A stretch of DNA of 64,000 bases from Eledone cirrhosa (lineage: Eukaryota), in assembly GCA_964016885.1 (NCBI GenBank), contig OZ024741.1, forward strand, positions 356,996,001 through 357,060,000. The letters are read 5' to 3'. Every line of letters starts with the position of its first letter. Position 1 is the stretch's first letter. This document shows positions 28,427-40,360 of the stretch, piece by piece. The notes below the pieces were generated by a model that was given only the letters and a program-made list of their open reading frames with translations, was not told the DNA's origin and made no database searches. The position numbers were made by a program, and so were the translations under genes.

Positions 28427-28610
28427 TGGCAGTATCGGTAGAGGGTCGGACGCCATGCTTTCCAGCATAGTTACGTCCCTTTACGATCTGAGTTCAAATC
28501 CCGCCGAGGTTGACTTTGCCTTTCATCCTCCTTACGGGGTCGATAAAATAAAGTACCAGTAATGCACTGGGTAGTTGCTGGCCTTGTGCCTAAAGTAGAA
28601 ACAATTATTC
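28427..28610 (+). mobile_element. SINE family A (tRNA-like head)
   Basis: A-box-like TGGCAGTATCGG, B-box-like GAGTTCAAATCC, body GACTTTGCCTTTCATCC...GGGGTCGATAAAATAAAGTACCAG; about ten copies in the window. Confidence 0.85.
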
Positions 28611-29371
28611 TATGTACTATACATACACCTTTGATGAGCACTGTACACAATAATTTCACCTGAGCACTGTACACAATAATTTCATTATTATTATTTATAT
28701 TCACCTTATGAACCTCTCCCAACACTCCACCATAAACTACTAAGCACTTTCCCTCTCTTCAAGGCCACTTCCATGGCTCAAACCCCTGCTCTCCCTCTCT
28801 GCTTCTCCCTTGACAAGCATAATGTAGTGACTATTACTACCCATCAAAGAATGTCACTTTTGCCATGTTCTCACCTCTTCCCCTGTTCAATCCCATTACT
28901 GCCTGGCTAATGAGACAATAATTACCCTAGTTTGGCACCACATTAAAATGCACCTAGCCCTGTCTGTACAGTGGTAATGTGGATGCCATGATTAAATGCA
29001 CCCAGTACATGGTGTAACCTAGTTGACATTAGAAAGGGCATCCAACCAGAGAAACCATGCCAAAATGAAATGTATGAGCAGGATGTGGCAACCCATCCAA
29101 CATGTAAAGCAGTAAAGCAGTGGTAATGATAGTAATTATAACATACAAGCATACACACGTATATATACATACATATATATATATATATATCGTTCGGTAG
29201 AGTAAAACTTTAGGCGGTATCTGGCTGCTCTTTCTAGCAGCCAGCCTACCTGCCACCTGGCCACCATTCACAACCTTCTACTTTGACCACTAGCCATGTG
29301 ATGATTCTTAGCCATTTTTTAATTCATTTCTAGCGGTGATCACTGTAGAAATTTTAGTCCAAACCTGAGGG

Positions 29372-29457
29372 GTCTCTTGATAAGCTCTAAGCCTCATGGA
29401 TAATACCAAAATAGGACATATCCACAAAGTACGAGCGAAACTATCGATAGTCGGGAC
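29372..29457 (+). ncRNA. type I hammerhead ribozyme motif (intact core, U3-A8 variant)
   Basis: Stem I GTCTC/GGGAC; core TTGATAA; stem II GCTC/GAGC with a long insert containing TGGATA/TATCCA; GAAA; palindromic stem III ACTATCGATAGT; GTC cleavage triplet at 29450-29452. Confidence 0.8.
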
Positions 29458-29767
29458 TAGAGGAATTTTGGTAAAGTTTATATGCATTTTTTCTTCTAAC
29501 TTATATTTTAGACTTAGCTCCGTTTAATTGATTATTTGTCTAGTTAATTTCTACGGGCTAAAAGGAAAGACTAGATAAATTTTATCTGACTGTTCCTTGC
29601 GGAAAATAGTCTGTATCGTTTGTCTATTATTTCTTCATAGTTACATTTTAAACTTATAGCCCCGTTTAAAGGATTATTTATCTAGTTGATTTCTATGGAC
29701 TAGATTGAGGAAAGACTGGATATATTTTATCTAATAATTCATCAAACTTGCAATTTTATATATATAT

Positions 29768-29900
29768 ATCATCATCATCATCATCATTTTACGTCCGCTT
29801 TTCCCTGCTTGCAAGGGTGGGACGGGAACTGATTCTGGCTTTATTTCTACAGCTGGATGCCCTTCCTAACACCAACCTCATTTACAGTGAGTGCTGTGTG
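29768..29900 (-). mobile_element. RTE-tail short element
   Basis: (CAT)n, then ACGTCCGCTTTTCC...GCTGGATGCCCTTCCTAACACCAACC. Confidence 0.65.
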
Positions 29901-29964
29901 CTTTTTTGCCGTGGCACCTCCACGACCACTTTACAGTGGAATGATAAGGACCCCAGTCCCTATC

Positions 29965-30092
29965 ATCTCATTTCTACAGCTGAGTAAACTGGAGCAATGT
30001 GAAATAAAGTATCTTTCTCAAGGAAACAACACATCACCCAGTCCAAGAATTGAACTCAAGGCCAATGCTCTAACCACTAAGCCATGTGCCTC
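29965..30092 (-). mobile_element. tRNA-derived SINE family B
   Basis: Reverse-complement similarity to 34950-35100. Confidence 0.65.
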
Positions 30093-30095
30093 TTT

Positions 30096-30157
<62 letters not shown>

Positions 30158-30284
30158 AAAAGAGTCAGGACCCCGATGACTGAGCTCCATCCATTTCGAC
30201 AGCTAGATCCGAACTACTACCCTAAGTATTGAGTACTCTGGTACGTTATGGTCCACCTGGTATTTTATCACACCCTCTTTGTTA

Positions 30285-32992
30285 TCTACTTATAACCAGC
30301 AATTTCTCTGTCTGTCTGTCCGACAGTGGAAACATGTGCGTAGAGAGAGAGTGAGAGTGAAAGAAAGAGACAGACTACGAGAGGGGGATAGCGGGAGGGA
30401 GAGAGAGAGAGTGAATAGACGCTAAAACACGTGCTACAGAAATATTACCTTCCCCTCTCCCCTGACTTTGGTCACTGAGGCCGAGGGAATCGCTGGTTGC
30501 TATAGAGACACCTTGCACAAGCCAGAAGAAACCAGTTCGAGGTGGTTCTGACTTGACACCATGCGAAGAAGGTTGCCATTGAATTTGTGGTTTGAAGAAG
30601 GTTGCCATTGAATTTGTGGTTGTTGCTGCTGATAATAAGGACCATTTGAAGAAGGTTGCTGCTGATGAGGTAATTTATTAATCAGATTGCGCAGTTCCAT
30701 AGCCTACGTTTGATTTGTTCAATTTTTTTCTTCAATTTTTTATGTTTTTTTTTTTTATTTCTTATTGAAAAAATATAAATAATAAAATAAGGTTAGAAAT
30801 TTAAATACAATTAAATACGATTTAATTTCCATTTCCAGCAGCCAATGTCCAGTGTTCAATTTCATGAAAAAATTGGAAATAATTCAAAAAATTGAAGTTT
30901 AACTTTTGAACATTTGTTTTGACAATAAAAAAATATTTCCTTATTCACACCTAATGGTATGATTACAATCTCATAGGAATATTTTTTTCTAACCGCCAGT
31001 TATTTATTTTCTCCTTTTTCGTTTTAACATATATTTATTTCAAAGATTTCACCGTATAGATAACATATATTTATACATGCATAAAAGACACACCGAGAGA
31101 CGGTGAACATGTGGTGCCGAAAACATTTCTCATCCAAATCTCAACAATATCAGTATATACACTAGATTTGCTAGCAGAAAACCGCCCACCGGGTGGTTTT
31201 CTGCTAGTCTCCTTATAATATATAACCAGCAATTTCTCTGTCTGTCTGTCTGACGCGTAGAGAGAGAGTGAGAGTGAAAGAAAGAGACAAACTACAAGAG
31301 GGGGATAGCGGGAGGGAGAGAGAGAGACGCTGGAAGAGGGGAAGGAAAGCTATGTCTTGCTGTCTGCATTACGATACATATATATACACACACACACACT
31401 GAGCGCGTCATAATGACATAATGCAGACAGCCAGACATACAGACAGATATTATAAGGGCACAACGTTATATCTATGTATCTATCTAAAAAGAAAAACTAA
31501 GAATTATATAGAGAGAACGCTAAATCGCCTAATGCGGTCCCTAGGGCATTGAAAATTTGAAATAATTTTTGCTCAAAACACTCACAGGACCTTAAGTATT
31601 ACATATCTAAAGTTTGAAAACAATCGGTTGGATGGTTCTCAAGTTTTAGTGAGCTGACAGACAGACAGACATTCTCTGTTTTAGATATATAGACTAGCAG
31701 AAAACCGTCTGTCGTGTGGTTTTCTGCTAGTCTATATATATAAAACAGAGGATGTCTGTGTGTCTGTTTCCCTAAAACTCGAGAAGTACCAAACCGTTTT
31801 TTTTTCAAACTTTACACATGTAACCCGTATGGCCCCGGAAGTGTTTTGAGCAAAAATAAATTTAAAATTATTCTGACCTAGGGATCGAATTAGTGAAGTG
31901 GCCAATGTCAGTACATAACGAGGGAGTGAGAGGGGAGAGAAAAGAATGGAGAGGCGAAGTGAAGAAGTGGCTCGCTACTCCTCCTCCTCCTTCTCCCCAT
32001 TCGTCACAGCGTTTTTCGATAGAGGGGAGAAATGTGAACGAGTTACAGAGAGAAAGAGTGAGAGTGAAAGAAACAGACAGACTAAAAGAGGGGGATAGCG
32101 GGAGAGAGAGAGAGAGAGAGAGTGACAGACGCCGTCTTTTGGGAGTTGTATGCGTCAAAGATACATGACAGTGGAATAACTATTGCGTGTGTGTGTGAGT
32201 TTGTGTGCGTGACTGTGTATGTGTGCGTGAGTGATTATAAACTCTCTCACATGGTCTGATGGAATTAACCCTTTAGCATTTACATTACTCTATATAAACT
32301 ATATTATTTTCATGGTAAAGGCTTTATCTCACATCATATAAAAATCTCATAGATTTAATATTATTTATTTTGAGAACAATACCTTAACCCTTTAGTATTA
32401 ATGTGAGTGAGTTATAAAGAGAAAGAGTGAAAGAAACAGACAGACTAAAAGAGGGGGGTAGCGGGAGAGAGAGAGAGACGCTGGAAGAGGGGAAGGAAAG
32501 CTATATGCCTTGCTGTCTGCATTACTATACATATATATACACACACACACTGATCGTGTCATAATGACGTAATGCAGACAGCCAGACATACAGACAGATA
32601 TTATAAGGGCGCAACGTTATATTTATGTATTTATCTAAAAAGAAAGACTAAGAATTATAGAGAGAGATCGCTAAATCGACTAATGCGGTCCCTAGGGCAT
32701 TGAAAATTTGCTCAAAACACTCACAGGACCATAAGTATTATATGTGTAAAGTTTGAAAACAATCGGTTGGGTGGTTCTCAAGTTTTAGCGAGCTGACAGA
32801 CAGACAGACATTCTCTGTTTTAGATATATAGATATATATATAATTATATATTCGTGTACAGATATTTTTGCATACACAATAACAAAATATAAATAAAGGT
32901 ATTTATTTCACGAGGCTCAATAAGGATAAATATATATCAAATATATAAGAACCCTAGAGCAAATCCCGAGTAACACCGGGCCATTCTGCTAG
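30285..32992. mobile_element. cluster of non-autonomous Helitron-like units, nested or tandem
   Basis: 5' ends TC..TATA followed by (TCTG)n; 3' ends GC-rich hairpin plus CTGCTAGT at 31171-31208, 31718-31731 and about 32965-32993; internal duplication 31265-31692 vs 32420-32832. Confidence 0.6.
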
Positions 32993-33968
32993 TATATATA
33001 TAAATCCAAAGTAGAAGAATATAATCAAATTTCAAAGGAGAGTAGAGACAGATATATAAGATGCAATTGTCAACCACAGAAAGTAGCAATTGCTCAATAT
33101 TTATTTCATGCAAAACAAGCGTTAAGAGAGAAGCTAAGTTAGAGCTTAAAAAGAGTTAATGATGCATATGCAAAACAATCAGAGCATGTATATTCAAAAT
33201 TAATTGGAGGAAAATCAACCAGCATTCATTAAAACTGTTTATTCATTTACAAATGTTCTGGCACAGAGAGATCTTGAGTGTGTATTCAAAAGTAAATAGC
33301 AAATTTAATTTGTCCGTTAATAAAAATTGCAAACTCACAAATTTCCTCACCATCTTCAAAATAAGAAAACATATTTCAATTAAAGTCATTAAAAAATAAT
33401 TCATTTCAAGCTGAATATATCAACAAATTCACAAAAAGGTTTGTGAAAGCAGAAAAATATCCTAAATAAAACAGTAAAATATTTTATTTTAGGAGATTTT
33501 TCTAATTTAACAAACTGGTGTCCACCAACCTGGTATACTAGGTACCCATGCGGAACTTTCCATGTCCAAGGAGGCAAACTCCCACTGACAATATGGTTTC
33601 TGCCAAATTATGTAATATATACTAACATTATCTAATTTCTGCACATCATGGTTCCATTCAGACCACTGCCAGCAGATCAAAATCACAGAAACTGATGTAT
33701 TGGTCCAGGTAATTCACATTTCCTACCCACACAAAGTTGTCTTCCTCACTGATTAACGATTAAGTGTACACTTTAATTGTTGGGTTTGAATTTTAATAAT
33801 TCTGAGTTAATTAAATTATTGAGTAAGTAAGGAAACAACCAAAGCTGTGCCCAGTCTATTTGACAAGCTTCGTTCCACAACATACACACACATATATATA
33901 TATATGTTAAGTATTTCCATGGAAAAGGTAAAGGAAGAAGAGTGCTTTATGTATGGTACAGAGCTATC

Positions 33969-34130
33969 TAATTATGTAATAAACAACATAATATAATTAT
34001 TCCATTACCTAAGGTTTCACGAAGTCAGACAATTCTAACAGAGGCATCTAATGAATGGCTTCAGACGCCTCTGACTTCGTGAAACTTTAGGTAATGGAAT
34101 AATTATATTGTGTTGTTTATTACATAATTA
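33969..34130. repeat. fold-back inverted repeat with a degenerate hammerhead-like motif
   Basis: About 60-bp arms TAATTATGTAATAAACAAC...GAAGTCAGA / TCTGACTTC...GTTGTTTATTACATAATTA; CTAATGA-stem-GAAACTTTA at 34048-34089. Confidence 0.8.
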
Positions 34131-34156
34131 AATATATATGAAAAGATTATATATAG

Positions 34157-34214
34157 ATAGAGATATGTAAAATCCCGACTACGGCACCAGAGTCACGATT
34201 TTACATATCTCTAT
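34157..34214. repeat. 18-bp perfect hairpin
   Basis: ATAGAGATATGTAAAATC / GATTTTACATATCTCTAT with an inner GACT/AGTC stem. Confidence 0.8.
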
Positions 34215-34949
34215 ATCTCTATACCCACTCTGCATTTCACCATGCATTGAGTACTCCCATGATTAGTGGTCTTCTCAGTCTCAGCACTGCAGACTCAATA
34301 CATATATATATATAAGTTCAGGCAAAGTGAGACTTAAGCTCAATTCAAGTTGATAATCAGTAGATACAAAGGGTTAAGAATATCTAGGGTTAATCCAATG
34401 TTTACGGTCCACTCACTGCATGGTTATGTTACTCATACATACATTACATGCAACTTTGTTAAACTGTATCTTCTCTCTACCATGTAACATGTTGCTATAG
34501 TGATAATTGTTGTTTTTTGAAATGTTGCATCATGTTGTTTATATTTGACATGAAAACTAAAACATCATCATAGCTGTTACATACTGGCAACTGAGTGAGA
34601 AAAAGCTACAATATACTGAAATGCCAAACACAAGACATTTTCTGATATAGTTTCATTCATTTTACTTCAGTAGTTTATTTTAAAGAAAAGGAGAATGTGG
34701 ATGGCCTAATGAAATGTGTAACTGACAGTTAGGCCAGCAGCTAGTCAAAATGTCAGTGGTTTATATTTGTCACCAGCATTTGTGTTGTGTCTATAGTCAA
34801 GACACTTAACTTTCAATGTCCACTTAACATTATCCAAGTAACGTGGGTGGTATTATTTCTCCATTTGAAGAGTGGTGGGTTGATAGAATTGTTAGTGCAT
34901 CATATGAAATGCATTGCAGTATTTCGTTATGGCACTCTATATTCTATGT

Positions 34950-35105
34950 GGAGGCACGTAGCCGAGTGGTAAGGGTGTTGGACTTATGATCATAATATCG
35001 TGGGTTCGATTCCTGGGCAAGGTTGCGTGTTGTGTTCTTGAGCAAAGCACTTCATTTCACGTTGTTCCAGTATACTCAGCTGAAAATGAGTACCAGCAAT
35101 AGCTG
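34950..35105 (+). mobile_element. tRNA-derived SINE family B
   Basis: Pol III A box TAGCCGAGTGG, B box GGTTCGATTCC, then TTGTGTTCTTGAGCAAAGCACTT body. Confidence 0.85.
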
Positions 35106-35214
35106 GGAGTTTAACCATGCAATGGACTGGCGTCATGTCCAGGCTGGAGTCTTGTGCTTTCAGAGGTTTCACAATATGACACCCAGAATAAGCACCAACC
35201 TAACAAGCCTTCTG

Positions 35215-35690
35215 GCTTAAGACAGACTTTAGATCTCCACATTCTGGTTTTGAATCCCATTAAGGTCAACTTTGTCTTTCGTCCTTCTGGGGTCGATAAA
35301 ATAAAGTACCAGTCAAGTACTAGGGTCAATGTAATCAACTTTTCCCCATCCTCAAATTACTGGCCTTGTGCCAAAATTAGAAACAATTTAAAGATGGTGG
35401 CTTGACAAAATTGTTAAAGTATGAGATAAAATGCTTTGCAGTGTTTAATTCCAGCTCTTTACATTCTGAATACAAATCTAGCTATGCCTTTCGTCAATCT
35501 GAGGTCAATAAAATAAAGTACCAGTCAAGTACTGGATTCACTATAATCGACTTTCCTTCTCCCCAAATTGCTAGCCTTCTACCTAAATTAGAAACCATTA
35601 TAATACATCCTTACGGGTCGATAAAATAAAGTACCAGTAATGCACTGGGTAATTACTGGCCTTGTGCCTAAAGTAGAAACAATTATAATA
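35215..35690 (+). mobile_element. three adjacent SINE family A copies or fragments
   Basis: GTC(G/A)ATAAAATAAAGTACCAG occurs three times (about 35292, 35503, 35617). Confidence 0.75.
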
Positions 35691-37779
35691 AAGAATTTTA
35701 GAAATCAATATATATGACTTTCCTGTCTCAAAAATTGTTGGTCTTATGCTAAAATTAAAAAACATTATTTTTCCATAAGAAATATTTGCCAGCTTGCAAT
35801 GCTATTCAATCTTCCTACAAGAACACCTGCCTGTACTCTATCCAGGGAAATAGTAATTTTTTTTTTTTTTTTTTTTGTAGGGGAGGGATTGTCTGTTAAA
35901 TCATCATCATCATCACCATCTATTTTCCATGCTTGCAGAGTTAGAGAGGTTGCTATGTTTTGAGGTTAGACTGGTCAGGTAACCATATCTTGCTCGTAAG
36001 TTCCATTTTGGGCTTTGTTTCTTCCTAACACCAACCATTTTACAGCATATATTGGGAACATTTTATCATGACCCCATCACTACCACCTGGGTGCTTTTCT
36101 TTGTGGCACCAACACTACCACTTTTCAGAATAGGCTGGGTGCATTCCTTTAGCGACACCATCACTGGGTAGGCATAGACAACAGTGGCAGGAAGTCCTAC
36201 TGTCATAAGAGAAGAAGTGCCTGGTCATGGGAGTGAACATGGAGAAAGTAAGTTGCATCTGGCAGTATATTGGGAAGCATGCCTGGCTTTCCATGCTAGT
36301 ATGGGTTGGTCAAGGGAGTGAATCAGGTATGTGGATGGGATTAGGGGTGATACATCTTTCTTCCATGCTGGCATGGGTTGGGCAGGGAAAGAAATAGAAG
36401 ATGAGGTAAGGTAGGAACACTTCTTTTTCTTTCTGTGTTAACATGGGTTAGATGAGGGAAGTGGGAAGAGTAAAGTATGTGAGTATTTAGGGAGTGGATG
36501 GAAAAAGGAACTGTCAGGCCTGTCTATCTCATTCTTTCTTGTATTTCACCCAGTTTGTGTGGGAAAACATGTCTTCTGCAGTATGACGTATTGCCAGTTG
36601 ACTCCATCCTGAGTTATCTCCTTCATGAGGTTCGTCTTCACAAGGGTAGCTTTGGATAGAGAAAATAGTGATAAGCACTGATACAGTGGGTAGCAAAGAT
36701 CCACTGTGTGTATGTATGAACCTGTAACACCTGAAACAGTCTTAGAGACACCATCTTGGGTACTTTAAACCTGGTGGAACCCATCCCTCTCCAGGTCTGA
36801 ACACAGCCAATTTCTTCTGGAGAAGGAGAGAGAAAGGGTGATAGAAAGGAAGCGAAAAGGAGATATAGAGGAAGAATTGATCCCAGTATTGGACTAGTTC
36901 ATTTTTTTATATCAATCAACCTCAAAACGATGAAAGACAAAATTGACCTTGGCAGGATTTGAACTCCGAGAGTCAAAAGTTTCCCTAATAAGGAATAAAT
37001 ATAAACACTTTAAAATAAACAGCTTAGTATAATAGAATCAGGAGCAGTTTCAGGAAGTTTGGTATCGAAAAAGTTAAGAGATATTTTTTGTGGGAGTCAA
37101 TAGAAATTATTGTAACATACATCTTTACAATATTTCATTTATTTACCAGAATTATGCATCAATGTAACTTCTATGAAAACATGATATACTGGTTTGGAGA
37201 AGAAATTTTGGTTGAAATATTTATCTGTTTATATCTACTATTTCTAGTTGTTATATAAGCAATAACCATCTATTCACCCAGTAAGGTGACTTTGTAGCTT
37301 TCAATAGCATGTGTGAGTACATACGTGTGTGTTTACACAAATGTGTGTGTATGTGCATATATATATATATATGTGTGTGTGTTAAAGTGTGCACATATAT
37401 GTATATGTACATATACGTGTGTGTACATGTATGTGTGCACATATATTTATATGTATAAAATGCGTGTGTGTGTGTGCATATGTGTAAATATATATATGTG
37501 AATATGTCTGTATATGTAAGTGTGTATGTGGTTAAGCAATGACTCAAAGCATATTGACTGAAGTACATTTTCTACTGGTCGAGGGCATGTGTAGGTGCAG
37601 CTAGTATTTTAGTTATTTTAATGCATTAGCTAATGAGGGAGCCTCTATGTGGTTGTTCACCCTGTTAGAAATAGCAGCCAATCCTATCCTCCTAACCTCG
37701 ATCACCCAGCGGGGAGCCCCACTGATTCCACACTTCCCTTCCATTTTCCACTGTCATTCATGAAGGTCTTGATCCCCTC

Positions 37780-38220
37780 TATTATCTCCATCTCTGTCTT
37801 CTAGCAGAGTGTTAACATAGGTGATTTTTCTCCTTCCTCTACAGGTTCTTTCCTCAGTAGGTTGTCAGAGCATTAACTTGTTTGCCTCCATATCATTGTG
37901 TGATGCAGTGGCCTGTGAGTCACATCCTTCTTTTTTGAACTTTTAATAAAACTTTTGGAAGATCATCATAAAATTCTGCATTTGTTACATGGTTTCTTCA
38001 TAACACATTGAGTGCTTGGGTAATTGCTGGCCTTGTGCCAATAGTAGAAACAATTATAAGTATTCTAGTGTAGCATCCATCTAATTGTTTCCTTAAGGCT
38101 TTTATAAGTATCTATGTTTCTGCTCCATAAAGCAAAACAGATTCTACTGTAACCATGAACAATCCCTTCAACAGCCAGATCTTTCTTAAATCACACTACT
38201 ATTTTTAAAATAGTACACAT
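37780..38220 (-). mobile_element. RTE LINE 3' fragment interrupted by a SINE piece
   Basis: Minus strand reads LFMVTVESVLLYGAET*..LRKQLDGCYTRIL and RGRRKITYVNTLLED; SINE A tail at about 38010-38058. Confidence 0.65.
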
Positions 38221-38334
38221 TGGATAATGTAGTTCTTATTCCATTCTATTTTACTATATTAAATGCTTTCTCCCTTAATTGTACATACATCCATATCTAC
38301 ATGATCCATTCATTATATATGGATGTGGACACAG

Positions 38335-38480
38335 GAATGGCTGAGTGGCTAGTAAATCCTATTTGCAATTATAAGGACCAGAATTTGATCCCACTGTGTG
38401 AATCTTGGACGAGTGTCTTTCAACCATAGCCTCAGGTTAACCCATGCCTTGTGAGTGAAATTAGGTAGACAAAAACTGTT
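38335..38480 (+). mobile_element. degenerate tRNA-derived SINE
   Basis: TGGCTGAGTGG A box and a degenerate B box; related copies at 13135, 19370 and 45090. Confidence 0.55.
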
Positions 38481-38499
38481 TAGAAGCCAATCAGATGAC

Positions 38500-38730
38500 T
38501 TATATCTTCAATACCTAGATTTATCTAGTAATTATTTTTTCCAGCCTGTGGCATTTGAAACGTTTGGTGGAGTTGGGCCGCTGACAGTGAAGTTCTTATC
38601 ATCGCTGGTGGCTCGCTTTACTGGGGTGTCAGGTGATGCCCATGAGAGTGCTCGGTTGTTTCAGTGCCTTAGCCTCAGCATCACCTGTGGCAATGCTGCG
38701 AGGATATTGGCTTGCCTCAAAGTATTTAGT
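38500..38730 (+). mobile_element. CRE-like (restriction-like endonuclease) non-LTR retrotransposon 3' fragment
   Basis: YLDLSSNYFFQPVAFETFGGVG...GDAHESARLFQCLSLSITCGNAARI resembles the F-P-A-ET-G...QRGNA C-terminal motif of CRE-clade ORFs. Confidence 0.7.
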
Positions 38731-39300
38731 TACCCTTATGATGTGATGTGCGGCCAATTGTCGCACTTGGTGGTGAATTGATGGTCGTTTTTGTCTTTGC
38801 CCCCTTCTTCTTTTTTTTTTCTCTCCCTTATGCATCTCTTATGTGTTTATACTTGTGTTTATCAATATTATATTTGTAATGTTCTTCTGAACAAACTATG
38901 AACAATTTATAATGTTATTTACACATTTATAATGTTATTTGTAATGTTATTTATGTATCTATTTAAAACATTTGTAATGCTATTTATACAATTGTGAATA
39001 AAGAAAATTCAAAAGTCCAATGTCATATGCTATGTCACACTGGTTCTGCCTGAGAACTATGTTAATGGTACAGGTGTCTGTAAAATTCTCACTGACTTGG
39101 ATTTTAATTTTGCTGATCCAACAACTTAATTTTTATCATTTAAATTGATGAAGCATTTGTTATATAAAGTAACAAAGTTGACCAGATTTCTCTATTGCTG
39201 TGTGTGTACAATGGTGATGAGGGGTCTCAATGAGTAGTGAGTTGGTGAGACCCATCTAAACCATGCCAGTATAGAAAAACAAATGCAAAATAAAGAATAT

Positions 39301-39663
39301 TGGCAGTATCGGTAGAGGGTCGGATGCCATGCTTTGACGCACAGAGTTACGGTCCTTGCCATTCTGAGTTCAAATCCCGCCGAGGTTTACTTTGCCTTTC
39401 ATCCTTACGGGGTCGATAAAATAAAGTACCAGTAATGCACTGGGTAATTGCTGGCCTTATGCCAAAAGTAGAAACAATTATTAAAGTATCGGTAGAGTGT
39501 CGGACGCCATGCTTTGCAGCAAAGAGTTACGGCCTTTTATGGTCTGAGTTCAAATCCCGCCAGGGTTAACTTTGCCTTTCATCCTTACGGGGTCGATAAA
39601 ATAAAGTACCAGTAATGCAGTGGGGTAATTGCTGGCCTTGTGCCAAAAGTAGAAATAATTATT
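39301..39663 (+). mobile_element. head-to-tail dimer of SINE family A
   Basis: Two nearly identical ~180-bp units, 39301-39482 and 39485-39663. Confidence 0.9.
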
Positions 39664-39820
39664 AACAACACAACAACAAGCATTTTAAGGCTATTTGCTG
39701 GTTTCATTCTCATCACGTGGCCTTTTTGAGGCAATACTTCAGAACAGAAATAACAAAGCAAACAACACAGTACAGTGAAGAAATATATTAGTTTAACGCT
39801 TAAAATAACAGGAAAATAGT

Positions 39821-39855
39821 CTTAACGTTTTGGATACTAGTCCTTCATCAGCAGA
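39821..39855 (-). ncRNA. degenerate hammerhead ribozyme motif
   Basis: Minus strand TCTG-CTGATGA-A-GGA CTAGTA TCC-AAAA-CG-TT-AAGA; G12 replaced by A. Confidence 0.5.
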
Positions 39856-40360
39856 TAGAATGAGAAATAAAAGATGAAATAGAAAGATAAAGAGCAAAAA
39901 GAGGGAGGAAGGAAAAAATTAAAAAAACTGAGAAAAAAAAGCATGCGTATTCAGATTCTTTGCTGAACCAATATTTTCTTATTTACACATTTATTAGTAT
40001 AAACCTACACTTTGCCATTTCAGCAATGTTATAAGTAAAATGTGATTAGATAAACACTGTGTTTGTATAAATAAATAGGGTCTGTTGTTTGCCTGACTCT
40101 ATGTAACTATTGTTATTACTACTAAAAGACATATTGCAAATAAACATTATCAGATATGTAGGTGGAATGAATTGTAAACAATTTAGGTATTTCGCTAATA
40201 CAACCTACCTTTGCATTAGACACACACATATATGTGTGTGTGTGTATACTATATATAGGAACATAACCCCCGCAAATGCCGGGGGACAACTGTATATACA
40301 TACTTACTTATATATATACATGCATATATATATGTGTGTGTATGTGTATATATATATATA

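Noticed and set aside
30170-30215. Hammerhead at CCGATGA...
   Set aside because: No correctly placed GAAA, stem II or stem III on either strand
33490-33715. Possible small host exons (TTTTAG at 33492; CAG...CAG/GTAATT at 33661-33714)
   Set aside because: Splice-like signals are plausible, but the peptides are unrecognisable and such signals are common in AT-rich DNA
34950-35025. tRNA gene
   Set aside because: Has A and B boxes but no proper acceptor stem, and continues into a SINE body with other copies in the window
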